Shown in pieces: positions 1 through 11,545 of a stretch of DNA of 64,000 bases. Source of the DNA: Longimicrobiales bacterium. GTDB taxonomy: Bacteria > Gemmatimonadota > Gemmatimonadetes > Longimicrobiales > Gaopeijiaceae. The position numbers were made by a program, and so were the translations under genes. The notes beneath the pieces are model-generated. The model did no database searches. It saw only the letters and a program-made list of their open reading frames with translations, and was not told the DNA's origin. The stretch is taken from the NCBI GenBank assembly GCA_965203485.1, contig OZ241892.1, forward strand, positions 1,280,001 through 1,344,000, in the 5' to 3' direction. Every line of letters starts with the position of its first letter. The stretch's first letter is position 1.

Positions 1-1212
1 GGCAGCAACGCGTGGGGCGCCGACCGCAACTACTGGTCGCCCGCGAAGACCGGACGCGACTTCGACTTGGCGCCGAGCGCGCTGAGCCCGCTCGAGCCCT
101 TCCGCGACTACCTGACGATCGTCAGCGACACCGACGTGGAGCCCGCCGAAGCCAAGAAGCCCAAGGAAATCGGGGGCGACCACTTTCGTTCCAGCGCGAC
201 GTTCCTCACGCAGGCGCACCCGCGCCAGACCGAGGGCTCCGACATCTTCGTCGGCGCTTCGCTCGACCAGATGTACGCGCAGCGCTTCGGAGGCGACACG
301 CCGTTGCCTTCGATGCAGCTGTGCATCGAGAACGTGGACCAGTCGGGCGGTTGCGCGTACGGCTACGCCTGCGTCTACACGGACACGATCAGCTGGGCCT
401 CGCCGACCGAGCCGCTCCCCATGGTGCGGGACCCGCGGGTCGCCTTCGACCAGCTCTTCGGAGCGGGCGGCAGCGCCGAGGAACGGGCGGCGCGACGGCG
501 AACCGAGCGAAGCATCCTGGACTTCATCGCCCGGCGGGTCGGCGAGTTGCGCCGCGAGCTGGGCGCGGCCGACGTCGCGCGACTGGACCAGTACCTGGAC
601 AACGTGCGCGAGCTCGAGCGCCGCATTCAGCGCGTGGAGGCCCGCAACGAGAGCGGCGAGGAGCGCGAGCTGCCCGAGGCGCCGGCCGGAGTGCCCGACT
701 CGTTCGAAGAGCACGTGAGGCTCATGTTCGATCTCCAGGCGCTGGCGTTCGCCGCCGACGTGACGCGCGTCTTTTCGTTCAAGATGGGACGCGACTCGTC
801 CGCTCGCGTCTACCCGGAGAGCGGCGTCGACAAGCCGTTCCACCCGGCGTCGCACCACGGGGGCGACGAGAAGAACATCACCGACTTCGCGCAAATCAAC
901 CGCTATCACGTCGGCATGCTGCCCTACTTTCTCGAGCGCCTCCAGTCCACGATGGAAGGGAACACGCATCTGCTCGACAAGACCCTGATCGTGTACGGGT
1001 CGCCGATGGGCGATCCCAACGTCCACAACCACAAGCGTTGTCCCCTCTTCCTGGCGGGCCGCGCCAACGGCCGGCTCGAAGGGGGCGTGCACGTCCGGGC
1101 ACACCCCGGGACCCCCATGGCCAACGTGATGCTGTCCGCCGCGCACGCGCTCGGCATGGACGACATGGAAAGCTTCGGCAACAGCACCGGCCCGCTGCCG
1201 CTGGCGGTCTAG
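1..1212 (+). CDS. DUF1552-family protein (5' partial)
   Basis: Frame 1 is open from base 1 (GSNAWGADRNYWSP...). Motifs PRVAFDQLFG, RSILDF, LDQYLDNVRELERRI, FHPASHH and NVHNHKRCP resemble DUF1552 proteins. Confidence 0.8.
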   Translation, partial: GSNAWGADRNYWSPAKTGRDFDLAPSALSPLEPFRDYLTIVSDTDVEPAEAKKPKEIGGDHFRSSATFLTQAHPRQTEGSDIFVGASLDQMYAQRFGGDTPLPSMQLCIENVDQSGGCAYGYACVYTDTISWASPTEPLPMVRDPRVAFDQLFGAGGSAEERAARRRTERSILDFIARRVGELRRELGAADVARLDQYLDNVRELERRIQRVEARNESGEERELPEAPAGVPDSFEEHVRLMFDLQALAFAADVTRVFSFKMGRDSSARVYPESGVDKPFHPASHHGGDEKNITDFAQINRYHVGMLPYFLERLQSTMEGNTHLLDKTLIVYGSPMGDPNVHNHKRCPLFLAGRANGRLEGGVHVRAHPGTPMANVMLSAAHALGMDDMESFGNSTGPLPLAV

Positions 1213-1221
1213 CCCAAGCCG

Positions 1222-3141
1222 GTGAACGGCGTTTCCGTCCGGCGCTCTCGGCGCGTCGCGCTTCGAGCCAAGGTCTCGGCGGCTCCCCGAAGGCGGCCCG
1301 GCGCCTTGCGCACGGCGCTCGGGTGTGTCGTCGTGGCGGCGGCTCCGGCTCCACTTGCGGGCGCCGACGCGTCGGCGCCCTGGCACGGCTTCGCGGCTTG
1401 CCGCGCTTCGACTGCGGCGCCCTCCGCTTGTGCGCAACGGCCCGTCGCGCCGTCCCGGCAGAGCCCCGTGGCGGATGCGGCAATGCGTGGCGACGCCGTC
1501 GCGGCCGTTCGGCTCCTGGAGCGCGGCGGGGACGTGAACGCGCCCCAGGGCGACGGCATGACCGCGTTGCACTGGGCGGCGCGGAACGCGGACGCCGGGC
1601 TGGCAGGGACCCTGTTGGCCGCGGGCGCGGACGTCGCCGCCGGCACTCGCATCGGCCGCTACCAGCCGCTCCACATGGCGGCGCAGGCGGGGGCGGGCGA
1701 GGTGGTGGAGGCGCTGCTCGCCGCGGGCGCGGACCCGGAAGCGAAGACCGAGAGCACCGGCGGCGCGCGCCCGCTCCACTTCGCCGCCGCGGCGGGCGAC
1801 GGGCGGGCCGTGCGGGCGTTGCTGGTCGCGGGCGCGAGCGTGGACGCCCGCGAGGAGTCGTGGGGCCAGACTCCGCTGATCTTCGCGGCCGCGGCCGGGC
1901 GGGCCCAGGCGGTGCGGGTCCTGCTGGAGGCGGGCGCCGACCCGTCCGTCCGCACCAAGGTCGTCGACGTGGCCGCGAGGGCGGTGGCGGACCGCATCGA
2001 GCGAGCGCGGCGAAACGAGCAAGTCAAGGCCGGCAAGTCCTGGAACCCGTCCGAAGCGCGCACGGTGCGCCACGAGCAGGAGCGCGCGCGCGAACTGGCC
2101 GAGGCCGCGTCGCGCAAGGAAGCCGAGACCCGGATGATCGAAGAACCCGAGCCGCTCTCGTACGGCGAGCTGGTGGGCGGACACGGCGGCTTCACGGCCC
2201 TCCTGCATGCGGTTCGCGAAGGGCACGCCGACGCGGCCGCGGCCCTTCTGGACGGCGGCGCGGCCGTCGATCAGGCCAGCGGAGGAGACCGCACCAGCCC
2301 GCTGCTCATGGCCACGATCAACGGCCACTTCGACTTGGCGATGGCGCTCCTGGACCGCGGCGCCGATCCCAACGCCGTCAGCCGTGCGGGCACGGGCCCC
2401 CTCTTTGCCGCCCTGAACACGCACTGGGCGCCCAAGTCGCGCTATCCGCAGCAGCACGCGTACATGCAGCAGGACCACACGTACCTCGAGCTGATGCGCA
2501 AGTTGCTCGACGCGGGCGCCGACCCCGACGCGCGCTTGGCCCGCCACCTCTGGTTCGTGTCGTTCAACTTCGACCTCCTTCAGGTCGATCTCCGGGGAGC
2601 CACGCCGTTTTGGCGCGCCGCCTACGCGCTGGACGTCGAGGCCATGCGGCTGCTCGTCTCCTACGGCGCCGACCCCTCGATCCCGACGCGGACCGTGCCC
2701 AGCCGCCGCTACGGGGGGACGGTCGAGCGCGAGGACCAGTCCGGGCTTCCGCCGGTCCCCTTGGGCGGCCCGGCGGTGCAGCCGATCCACGCCGCCTCGG
2801 GCGTCGGGTACGGGCAGGGCTTCGCGGGCAACGCCCACCGCCACGTGCCCGGCGGCTGGATGCCCGCCGTCCGGTACTTGGTCGAGGAGCTGGGCGCCGA
2901 CGTCAATGCCCGCGACCACGACGGGTACGCTCCGCTCCACCACGCCGCCGCCAGGGGCGACAACGAGCTCGTCCTCTACTTGGTCTCGAAGGGCGCCGAT
3001 CCCACGCTGGTCAGTCGCGAGGGCCGCACGACGGCCGACATGGCCAACGGCCCCGTGCAACGCATTCAGCCGTTTCCCGCCACCGTGGCGCTCCTTGAAC
3101 GGCTGGGAGCGCGCAACAACCACAACTGCGTCTCGTGCTGA
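1222..3141 (+). CDS. Ankyrin-repeat protein, probably exported; start uncertain
   Basis: Many ankyrin consensus units ([44 protein letters not shown], each followed by LL..GAD). Ends in NNHNCVSC. Confidence 0.9.
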   Translation: MNGVSVRRSRRVALRAKVSAAPRRRPGALRTALGCVVVAAAPAPLAGADASAPWHGFAACRASTAAPSACAQRPVAPSRQSPVADAAMRGDAVAAVRLLERGGDVNAPQGDGMTALHWAARNADAGLAGTLLAAGADVAAGTRIGRYQPLHMAAQAGAGEVVEALLAAGADPEAKTESTGGARPLHFAAAAGDGRAVRALLVAGASVDAREESWGQTPLIFAAAAGRAQAVRVLLEAGADPSVRTKVVDVAARAVADRIERARRNEQVKAGKSWNPSEARTVRHEQERARELAEAASRKEAETRMIEEPEPLSYGELVGGHGGFTALLHAVREGHADAAAALLDGGAAVDQASGGDRTSPLLMATINGHFDLAMALLDRGADPNAVSRAGTGPLFAALNTHWAPKSRYPQQHAYMQQDHTYLELMRKLLDAGADPDARLARHLWFVSFNFDLLQVDLRGATPFWRAAYALDVEAMRLLVSYGADPSIPTRTVPSRRYGGTVEREDQSGLPPVPLGGPAVQPIHAASGVGYGQGFAGNAHRHVPGGWMPAVRYLVEELGADVNARDHDGYAPLHHAAARGDNELVLYLVSKGADPTLVSREGRTTADMANGPVQRIQPFPATVALLERLGARNNHNCVSC

Positions 3142-3193
3142 CGCGCGCGACGCTGCGACGGCACGCCGCCTCCGCCTCTCGGGCCACCTCTCG

Positions 3194-4999
3194 GTGCAGA
3201 CCGACCTCATCCGCAATTTCTGCATAATCGCCCACGTCGACCACGGCAAGTCCACGCTCGCGGACCGGCTTCTGGAGGCCACCGGCACGCTGGACGAGCG
3301 ACAGATGCGCGACCAGGTCCTCGACTCCAACGAGCTGGAACGGGAGCGCGGCATCACGATCAAGCTCCATGCGGTCTCGATGTCCTACGGCGCCCGCGAC
3401 GGACGCGAGTACGATCTGAACCTGATCGACACGCCCGGGCATGTGGACTTCTCGTACGAGGTGTCGCGCTCCTTGGCCGCGTGCGAAGGCGCCGTGCTGG
3501 TCGTGGACGCGGCCCAGGGAGTGCAGGCCCAGACCCTGTCCAACCTCTTCCTTGCCCTCGACGCGGACCTCGAGATCGTGCCGGTCGTCAACAAGATCGA
3601 CCTTCCCGGCGCGGAGCCCGGCCGCCGCCGCGACGAACTCGCCGAGCTGATCGGCGTCGATCCATCGAGCGTGATCCTGGCGAGCGCCAAGGAGGGCGAG
3701 GGCGTGGATGCCGTCCTGGAAGCCGTCGTGGAGCGCGTTCCCCCGCCTGCGGGCGACGGCGGGGCGCCTCTGCGCGCGCTCATCTTCGATTCCTGCTACG
3801 ACCAGTACCTGGGCGCGGTCCCGAGCATCCGGGTCGTGGACGGCGTGGTCCGCGCAGGCACTCCGATCACCTTCGGCACCGTCCGCGCCCGCTACGAGGT
3901 CACCGAAGTCGGGCGGCAGCGGCTGGCGCGCGTGCCGTGCGACCACTTGGGTCCCGGCGAGGTCGGCTACGTCGTGGCCGCGATCAAGGCCGTGTCCGAC
4001 ACGCCCGTCGGCGACACCGTGCTCGACGCGTCGAACCCGGCGCCCGAGTTGCTGCCCGGCTACCAGGAGCCCCGCCCCATGGTGTTCGCGGGCTTGTATC
4101 CCGCCGAGACCGACGGCTACCAGGAGCTGCGCGACGCGCTCGAACGGCTTCAGCTCAACGACGCGGCGCTTCGCTTCGAGCCCGAGAAGTCGAACGCGCT
4201 CGGCTTCGGGTTCCGTTGCGGCTTCCTGGGCCTGCTCCACCTGGAGATCGTGCAGGAGCGGCTGGATCGCGAGTTCGGGGTGAAGCTCGTCACCACGGTG
4301 CCCAACGTCGAATACCTAGTGCGCTTGACGGACGGCGGCGAAGTGCGGCTGGAGAACCCGGCCAACCTTCCGGACCGCGCGACCGTCGAGTCCATAGCCG
4401 AGCCGGTCGTCAGCGCGCGCATAGTCGTGCCCGCCGAGTACATCGGCAACGTGCAGAAGCTTTGCCACGACCGCCGGGGCGTGTTCCGCGGAATGAAGTA
4501 CCTGGACCTCCAGCGCGTCGAGATGGACTACGAGTTGCCGCTGGCCGAGATCGTCCTGGACTTCTACGACCGCCTCAAGGGCGGCACAAGGGGCTACGCG
4601 GCGCTCGACTACGAGTTTCACGAGCACCGGCCCGGCAGCCTGGCCCGCCTCGACATCCTGGTCAACGGCGACCCGGTGGACGCGTTCTCGGTGATCCTGC
4701 ACCGCGACAACGCGTACCACCACGGCCGCTCGCTGGTGCGCAAGCTCAAGCAGCTGATCCCGCGCCAGCAGTTCGAGGTGGCGCTCCAGGCGGCCGTCGG
4801 CGGCCAGGTAATCGCCCGCGAGTCGGTGCGCCCGTTGCGCAAGAACGTCACCGCCAAGTGCTACGGGGGCGACATCACCCGCAAGCGCAAGCTCCTGGAG
4901 CGCCAGAAGGAGGGAAAGAAGCGGATGAAGCAGATCGGGTCCGTCGAAATCCCCCAGGAGGCGTTCATGGCGGTGCTCCAGCTGGACGACGAGCGATGA
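3194..4999 (+). CDS. lepA: Translation elongation factor 4 (LepA)
   Basis: GTG start; [53 protein letters not shown] and C-terminal [15 protein letters not shown]. Confidence 0.98.
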   Translation: MQTDLIRNFCIIAHVDHGKSTLADRLLEATGTLDERQMRDQVLDSNELERERGITIKLHAVSMSYGARDGREYDLNLIDTPGHVDFSYEVSRSLAACEGAVLVVDAAQGVQAQTLSNLFLALDADLEIVPVVNKIDLPGAEPGRRRDELAELIGVDPSSVILASAKEGEGVDAVLEAVVERVPPPAGDGGAPLRALIFDSCYDQYLGAVPSIRVVDGVVRAGTPITFGTVRARYEVTEVGRQRLARVPCDHLGPGEVGYVVAAIKAVSDTPVGDTVLDASNPAPELLPGYQEPRPMVFAGLYPAETDGYQELRDALERLQLNDAALRFEPEKSNALGFGFRCGFLGLLHLEIVQERLDREFGVKLVTTVPNVEYLVRLTDGGEVRLENPANLPDRATVESIAEPVVSARIVVPAEYIGNVQKLCHDRRGVFRGMKYLDLQRVEMDYELPLAEIVLDFYDRLKGGTRGYAALDYEFHEHRPGSLARLDILVNGDPVDAFSVILHRDNAYHHGRSLVRKLKQLIPRQQFEVALQAAVGGQVIARESVRPLRKNVTAKCYGGDITRKRKLLERQKEGKKRMKQIGSVEIPQEAFMAVLQLDDER

Positions 5000-5147
5000 G
5001 CTGGGGTTCGGGCGATCGACGCGCGCGCCCGCGGCCATGCGTCCGGGCTCCGGCGGCCGCCGGGAGGATGGGCCTCGAACTGGACGCCGGCGACCGGTCA
5101 CCCCCGGCGACCGACGTCCCTCGGCCTGCGGCCCTCCTGGGCGAGCG

Positions 5148-6533
5148 TTGAACGGACCGTCGGCCGACGGTGGTGGCCGCCGCCGGCGTCTCGGCGTCCT
5201 CGGCACGCTCGTGCTGGACACGCTCGTCCGTGCCGGGCGCCCGCCGGAGGCGGGATTGTGGGGCGGCATCGCCTACTCGCTGGCCGCCTTCGATCAAGTC
5301 CTCGGGCCGGGATGGACGATCGTGCCCCTGGTCGTCGTGGGGGTCGACTTGGCCGGGCCCGGACGGCGTTGCCTGCGGCGCCTGGCGCCTTCTGCGGACC
5401 TGAGCCGGATTCGCGTGGCGGACGCGCCGAACAACCGCGTCGAGCTGCGTTGCTCGGTATCCGGCGACCGCACCGAGCGTCTGACCGGGGGCGTGCCCGG
5501 CTGGGCCGCGCGCGAAGTCGCCCCATTGTTGCCGACGCTCGACGCGCTCTACGTGAACTTCGTTTCGGGGGCGGAGCTGGACCTCGTCGGCGCGCGGCTT
5601 GTCCGCGACGACTTCCACGGCCCGGCCTATGCGGACCTCCACTCCCTCTTCCTCGGGGTCGAGAGCGGCGGCGCGCGGCGCCCGCGCCCCTTGGCGGAGG
5701 CGCCGGAGTTCGCCGCCTGCTTCGACGTCGTGCAGATGAACCAGGACGAGTTCGCTCTCTACCAAGCAGGCCTGGACGAAGCGAGCGCCGCCCGTCTTGC
5801 CGCCACGGGGCGCGCGGCGCGGACGCGTCCTCATGCGGCCGGCGCGACGAGCCCCGTCGGGGAGGACGCAATCGGCATGCGCGCGAAGCTGCTGGCGGTC
5901 ACGCGCGGAGCCGCGGGCGCCGACATCTTCGAGCACGCGACTTGCGAAGCCGAGCGAGACGCTTCGCACGGCCCTCCGACCCGGATCGAGCCGAAGCGGA
6001 AGGCGCCTTTGCGGCCGCAGGTGAACGCCGCCGCCGTCGGTTGCGGGGACGCATGGGGAGCGACCTTCTTCTCGGGCCTGCTCGCAGGCGCGTCCGCGCC
6101 GGCCGCCGCCGCCCACGCCAACGCGATTGCCGCCGCCAACCTCGAATGCATCGGTGCGCTCGACCTGCGCGCCGCCTTGGCCCGTTGCGCCCCCGCTCTT
6201 CGCGAGCCGCCGCCCTCGGGCCACCTCCGAACTTCCGACGCGTCCTCGACCGCCGCCCATGTGCCCCGGACCACGAAGGCGCCGTCTCCAGGGCGCCCGC
6301 GCGGATTCCTGGCCGCCTCGGCGCTCGCGCCACCGGAGTCCTTCCCGGCCTGCCGCAGGCGGCTGGTTGAGCCGCCGGCATCGTCTCCGGGGCGCCCGCA
6401 ACGGCGCATGGCCGCCACGTCGTTTGCGCAGCGGGCCGCGCCGCCGCCCCGGCTCTCTCCGAACGCGTTCCAGTCCACCGCCAAGGCGCCCGCGCCCGCA
6501 ACCGGCCCACCCGCAGGTCCTCGTGGTCGATGA
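5148..6533 (+). CDS. PfkB/ribokinase-family carbohydrate kinase with low-complexity C-terminal extension
   Basis: GVLGTLVLD, WGGIAY, VQMNQDE, AVTRGAAGA and anion-hole GCGDAWGA motifs. Start uncertain (TTG 5148). Confidence 0.7.
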   Translation: MNGPSADGGGRRRRLGVLGTLVLDTLVRAGRPPEAGLWGGIAYSLAAFDQVLGPGWTIVPLVVVGVDLAGPGRRCLRRLAPSADLSRIRVADAPNNRVELRCSVSGDRTERLTGGVPGWAAREVAPLLPTLDALYVNFVSGAELDLVGARLVRDDFHGPAYADLHSLFLGVESGGARRPRPLAEAPEFAACFDVVQMNQDEFALYQAGLDEASAARLAATGRAARTRPHAAGATSPVGEDAIGMRAKLLAVTRGAAGADIFEHATCEAERDASHGPPTRIEPKRKAPLRPQVNAAAVGCGDAWGATFFSGLLAGASAPAAAAHANAIAAANLECIGALDLRAALARCAPALREPPPSGHLRTSDASSTAAHVPRTTKAPSPGRPRGFLAASALAPPESFPACRRRLVEPPASSPGRPQRRMAATSFAQRAAPPPRLSPNAFQSTAKAPAPATGPPAGPRGR

Positions 6534-7420
6534 GAGTCCTCGACATCCCCGTGTCGCTCGACTACGACAGCGTCGAAGCGCTCTACCGGCCCCTGGCGGA
6601 CGCCGCCGCCGCCCCCGTCCTGTTCGACGCGCGCCGCCTTCGCTGGATCGACCCCAACGGGATGACGGCGCTTCTCGCCGCCGCCGCCGTCGCGGCCCAG
6701 CGGAGCGGGACGTCTCCCAGCTTGTCGCTTCCCGCGAACGCCGACGTGACCAGCTACTTGGCCCGCATGGGCTTCTTTCGCGAGGCGGCCAGCCTGTTCA
6801 GGGCCGCGCCCGGCTCTCCTCGCGCAGCCGGTCCGGCCCGCGAGTCGGACGTGCTCCTCGAAATCACGCCCGTCGCCACCAACCAGGACGTGCACGCCGT
6901 CGTGAACCGGGTGCAGGACCGGGCCGGGGCGATCTTGCGGTCTCTGCGCTACGCGGACGCCGCCGTGGTCAAGTTCTCCGTCATCCTGTCCGAAGTCTGC
7001 CAGAACATCACCGAGCACGCGAACGGCCGGGGGTGGGTGGCGGCCCAGTCCTACAACTGGACCAAGCGCCTGGGCCGCCGCGTGGTCGTCATCGCGGTCT
7101 CCGACGTCGGGCGCGGCTTTCGCGCGTCGCTGGCGGATGCCCATGCGGCCCGCTTCGGCGACCTGTGGGGCGACGCGAAGGCTCTGGAAGCCGCCTTTCT
7201 CGAGGGATTGACGCGCTTCCCCGAAACCGGCCGGGGACAGGGCCTGCAACAGATCCGCAAGCAGGTGAAGCGGTGGGACGGCCTAGTCTCGATTCGCAGC
7301 GGCACGGCCCAGATCGCGGACGCCCCGGAATGGACGCGGGCGCCGCCCATGGCGGACGGACTCGCCCCGTTCCCGGGAGCCCAGATCAACATCATGCTGC
7401 CCGAGCGAGCCGATGGCTGA
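6530..7420 (+). CDS. STAS-like plus HATPase_c (anti-sigma/Ser kinase-like) ATP-binding protein
   Basis: N-terminal LFDARRLRWIDPNG (STAS-like); N-box SEVCQNITEHA; G1 VSDVGRG; G2 GRGQGL. No His-kinase H-box seen. Confidence 0.8.
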   Translation: MRVLDIPVSLDYDSVEALYRPLADAAAAPVLFDARRLRWIDPNGMTALLAAAAVAAQRSGTSPSLSLPANADVTSYLARMGFFREAASLFRAAPGSPRAAGPARESDVLLEITPVATNQDVHAVVNRVQDRAGAILRSLRYADAAVVKFSVILSEVCQNITEHANGRGWVAAQSYNWTKRLGRRVVVIAVSDVGRGFRASLADAHAARFGDLWGDAKALEAAFLEGLTRFPETGRGQGLQQIRKQVKRWDGLVSIRSGTAQIADAPEWTRAPPMADGLAPFPGAQINIMLPERADG

Positions 7421-8192
7421 AGCGCGCGTCAGCAGGTTGCACATCGACCTGGGCGACATCGCGCGCGAAGCGGCGGTGCCCGTCGGCGCCAACTTGGTCA
7501 CTCGGCCCACAGGGCGCGCCGTTCGGTCCGCGATCGAAAGCAGGCTGGCCGACGTGCGCCCCACCGCCGTCACGGTGATAGACTTCCGTCGCGTGAGCGT
7601 GCTGGACTACAGTTGCGCCGACGAGGTCGTCGCCCGGTTGCTGCTCGGGCGCATGGGCGCGACGGACCGGCGCGACGGCGGCGGACTTGCCGGCTCCAGC
7701 GACGGCGGCCGTCTTGCGAACGGGCACGCGGATCCGCTCGGCGGCGACGTCGGCGCATCCGGCGCAGGCGCTGATTGCGCTGGTCTCGTCGGCCAGCCCG
7801 GCGAAGGCCCGTTCGGAGACGCCGAGACGTCGCAGCGCGCCTACTTCTTTTTGTTCCGCGTCCTGGACGAAGTGCGCGGCCACTTCGTTGCCGAGGCATT
7901 GGCGCGCCACGGACTGGCGGCGGTCTGCGACGTGTGTGGAAGCCGGTTTCGCGTGCTGGGCGCGATTCGGCCCGAAGAGCAGGCCGCGTGGACGACCGTG
8001 GAGGATTGCGGCAACATCCCCGCCGGGGGCGCAACCGCCGTTCTAGGCCGGCGCGGAGAGGAAATTCTGCGCTCGCTCGCCCGCCGTCGCCTCGTCTACC
8101 GGCACGCCGACGGCGGCACGACGGCCCTCAGCGTCCTCGCCCGCGGCCCAAATGCCCGAAGCAGCGAACCCGGCCTTGCTTCGACGGGTTGA
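7413..8192 (+). CDS. STAS-like (DUF4325-type) protein
   Basis: NLVTRPTGRAVR...VIDFRRVSVLDYSCADEVV is a STAS-like motif with conserved Ser; overlaps the upstream HATPase gene. Confidence 0.65.
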   Translation: MAEARVSRLHIDLGDIAREAAVPVGANLVTRPTGRAVRSAIESRLADVRPTAVTVIDFRRVSVLDYSCADEVVARLLLGRMGATDRRDGGGLAGSSDGGRLANGHADPLGGDVGASGAGADCAGLVGQPGEGPFGDAETSQRAYFFLFRVLDEVRGHFVAEALARHGLAAVCDVCGSRFRVLGAIRPEEQAAWTTVEDCGNIPAGGATAVLGRRGEEILRSLARRRLVYRHADGGTTALSVLARGPNARSSEPGLASTG

Positions 8193-8294
8193 TTGCCGAC
8201 CGGCCGGGGAGCGCCACGGACGACCCTGAACGCCGCAAGAAGCAAGTAGGTTAAGCGGGCCTCGACGATTCGAACACCGGATTTGGGGAAAGAG

Positions 8295-9491
8295 ATGGCG
8301 AAGGTGGGACAAGAACGGGAAGCCGTCGGCGAGGGATCGCGGCGCACCGCCACTCTGGCGGTTCACGGCGGCTCCGGGGACCGGCGCCCCGGCGCGCCCG
8401 TCGTTGCGCCGCTGGTGCGGAGTTCGACGTTTCATTGGGCCGGACCGGCCGATGGAACCGACCTGCTGTACACCCGCTACGGCAACAATCCGGTCCAGAC
8501 GTCGTTGGCAAAGAAGCTCGCCGCGCTGGAGGGCGCCGAGGCGGCGGTGGCGCTGGCGAGCGGGATGGCGGCGATCTCCATGACGCTCCTCGCCGCGACC
8601 GAGGCCGGCGACCACGTCGTGTCGAGCCGCTACGTCTACGGCGCCACGCACGCGCTGCTGGCCGACGAGCTTCCCCGGCGCGGCGTGTCCACCACGTTCG
8701 TGGACCCGACCGATCCCGCCTCGTGGACGGCCGCCGTGACGGACCGGACCAAGGTCGTCTACGCCGAGATCCCCACCAACCCCGTGTTGCGGGTCTTCGA
8801 CCTGGAGCCCGCCCGCCTAGCGGCCGACCGGACGGGCGCCGTCTTGGCGGCCGACGTGACCTTCGCCACGCCCGTCAACTTTCGGGCCGCCGACCACGGG
8901 GTCGACGCGATCGTCCACAGCGCCACGAAGTACCTGGGCGGCCACTCGGACCTCGTTGCGGGCGTCGTCGCGGGAAGCGGCGAGTTCGTCGAGCGCGTTA
9001 CGGCCGCAATGAAGCTCTACGGTCCGTCGATCGACCCGGACGCGGCATGGTTGCTCGACCGCGGCCTGCGGACCTTGGCGGCGCGAATGGAGCGCCACAA
9101 CCGATCGGCGCGCGAGCTGGCCGAATGGTTGGAGGGAGCCGAGGGCGTCCGCGCCGTCGTCTACCCGGGCCTCCCGTCTCATCCCGACCACGCCACGGCG
9201 CGCCGGATGCTGGCGGGCTTCGGCGGCATCGTCTCGATCGTCCTGCAGGGGGGCGGGCAAGCCGCGGACAGATTCTGCTCGAGCCTCGAACTTGCGGCGG
9301 CGGCGCCTTCGCTTGGCGGCGTCGAGACGCTGGTCTCGCAACCGCGCTGCACGTCCCACGCGGGCCTGCTAGCGGCCGAGCGCGAAGCGGCCGGCATCCC
9401 GGACGGCTTCGTTCGCATCTCGGTCGGACTGGAAGACGTTGCGGACTTGAAGGCGGACTTCTCCCAAGCGCTGCGGCAGGCGGCGGTCTGA
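8295..9491 (+). CDS. PLP-dependent trans-sulfuration enzyme (Cys/Met metabolism family)
   Basis: YTRYGNNP, ASGMAAI, EIPTNP, HSATKYLGGHSD (PLP lysine), SLGGVETL, RISVGLED. Confidence 0.93.
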   Translation: MAKVGQEREAVGEGSRRTATLAVHGGSGDRRPGAPVVAPLVRSSTFHWAGPADGTDLLYTRYGNNPVQTSLAKKLAALEGAEAAVALASGMAAISMTLLAATEAGDHVVSSRYVYGATHALLADELPRRGVSTTFVDPTDPASWTAAVTDRTKVVYAEIPTNPVLRVFDLEPARLAADRTGAVLAADVTFATPVNFRAADHGVDAIVHSATKYLGGHSDLVAGVVAGSGEFVERVTAAMKLYGPSIDPDAAWLLDRGLRTLAARMERHNRSARELAEWLEGAEGVRAVVYPGLPSHPDHATARRMLAGFGGIVSIVLQGGGQAADRFCSSLELAAAAPSLGGVETLVSQPRCTSHAGLLAAEREAAGIPDGFVRISVGLEDVADLKADFSQALRQAAV

Positions 9492-9515
9492 CGGCTTCGC
9501 CGCGGCCGGCCCTCG

Positions 9516-11144
<1,629 letters not shown>

Positions 11145-11315
11145 CGAGCGGCTTCCTTGCGTGTGAAGAGGGACGCTGGGGAGGGCGACTCCAATAGTAA
11201 CGTTGCCTCGCGCGCGGCGGCCGTCCAGCAGCAACGTTGGGAGACCTTCCTCGGGCCCGGAAGGAGCGGCGTGGCCCGCCCGCGCGGGCCCTGCGACGCC
11301 CTGACGACGCCCTGG

Positions 11316-11422
11316 CCAAACACGGCCGCCCGCCGTTGCGGACGTGGCGGCTTTGCGGCGCCGCCGGGCTGGGCAAGACCCACCTCCCAAACGCGGCCGC
11401 CCCGCCGTTGCGGACGTGGCGG
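11316..11422. repeat. Two imperfect direct repeats (35/36 nt), each able to form a hairpin, separated by 36 nt
   Basis: CCAAACACGGCCGCC-CGCCGTTGCGGACGTGGCGG at 11316-11350 and CCAAACGCGGCCGCCCCGCCGTTGCGGACGTGGCGG at 11387-11422. Confidence 0.85.
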
Positions 11423-11545
11423 GCGCCGCCCCCGCCCTTGACCCGGGACCGGCCGTGGCCGCAGATTGCCGGCTTGCCTCGCGTAAGGTGGGCAGGTCAC
11501 GCGCCGGTGCGGGCTCGACAGCGAACGATCACCGGAGTCCCGTGC

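Noticed and set aside
12..3098. Long alternative-frame and antisense ORFs (e.g. 12-3098, 25590-28421, 37981-41238, 44754-47516)
   Set aside because: Arg/Pro/Gly-rich shadow frames of well-supported genes, typical of high-GC DNA.
11316..11422. Mini CRISPR array (36-nt repeat, 36-nt spacer)
   Set aside because: Only two non-identical copies, no typical repeat termini, no leader and no cas genes in the window.
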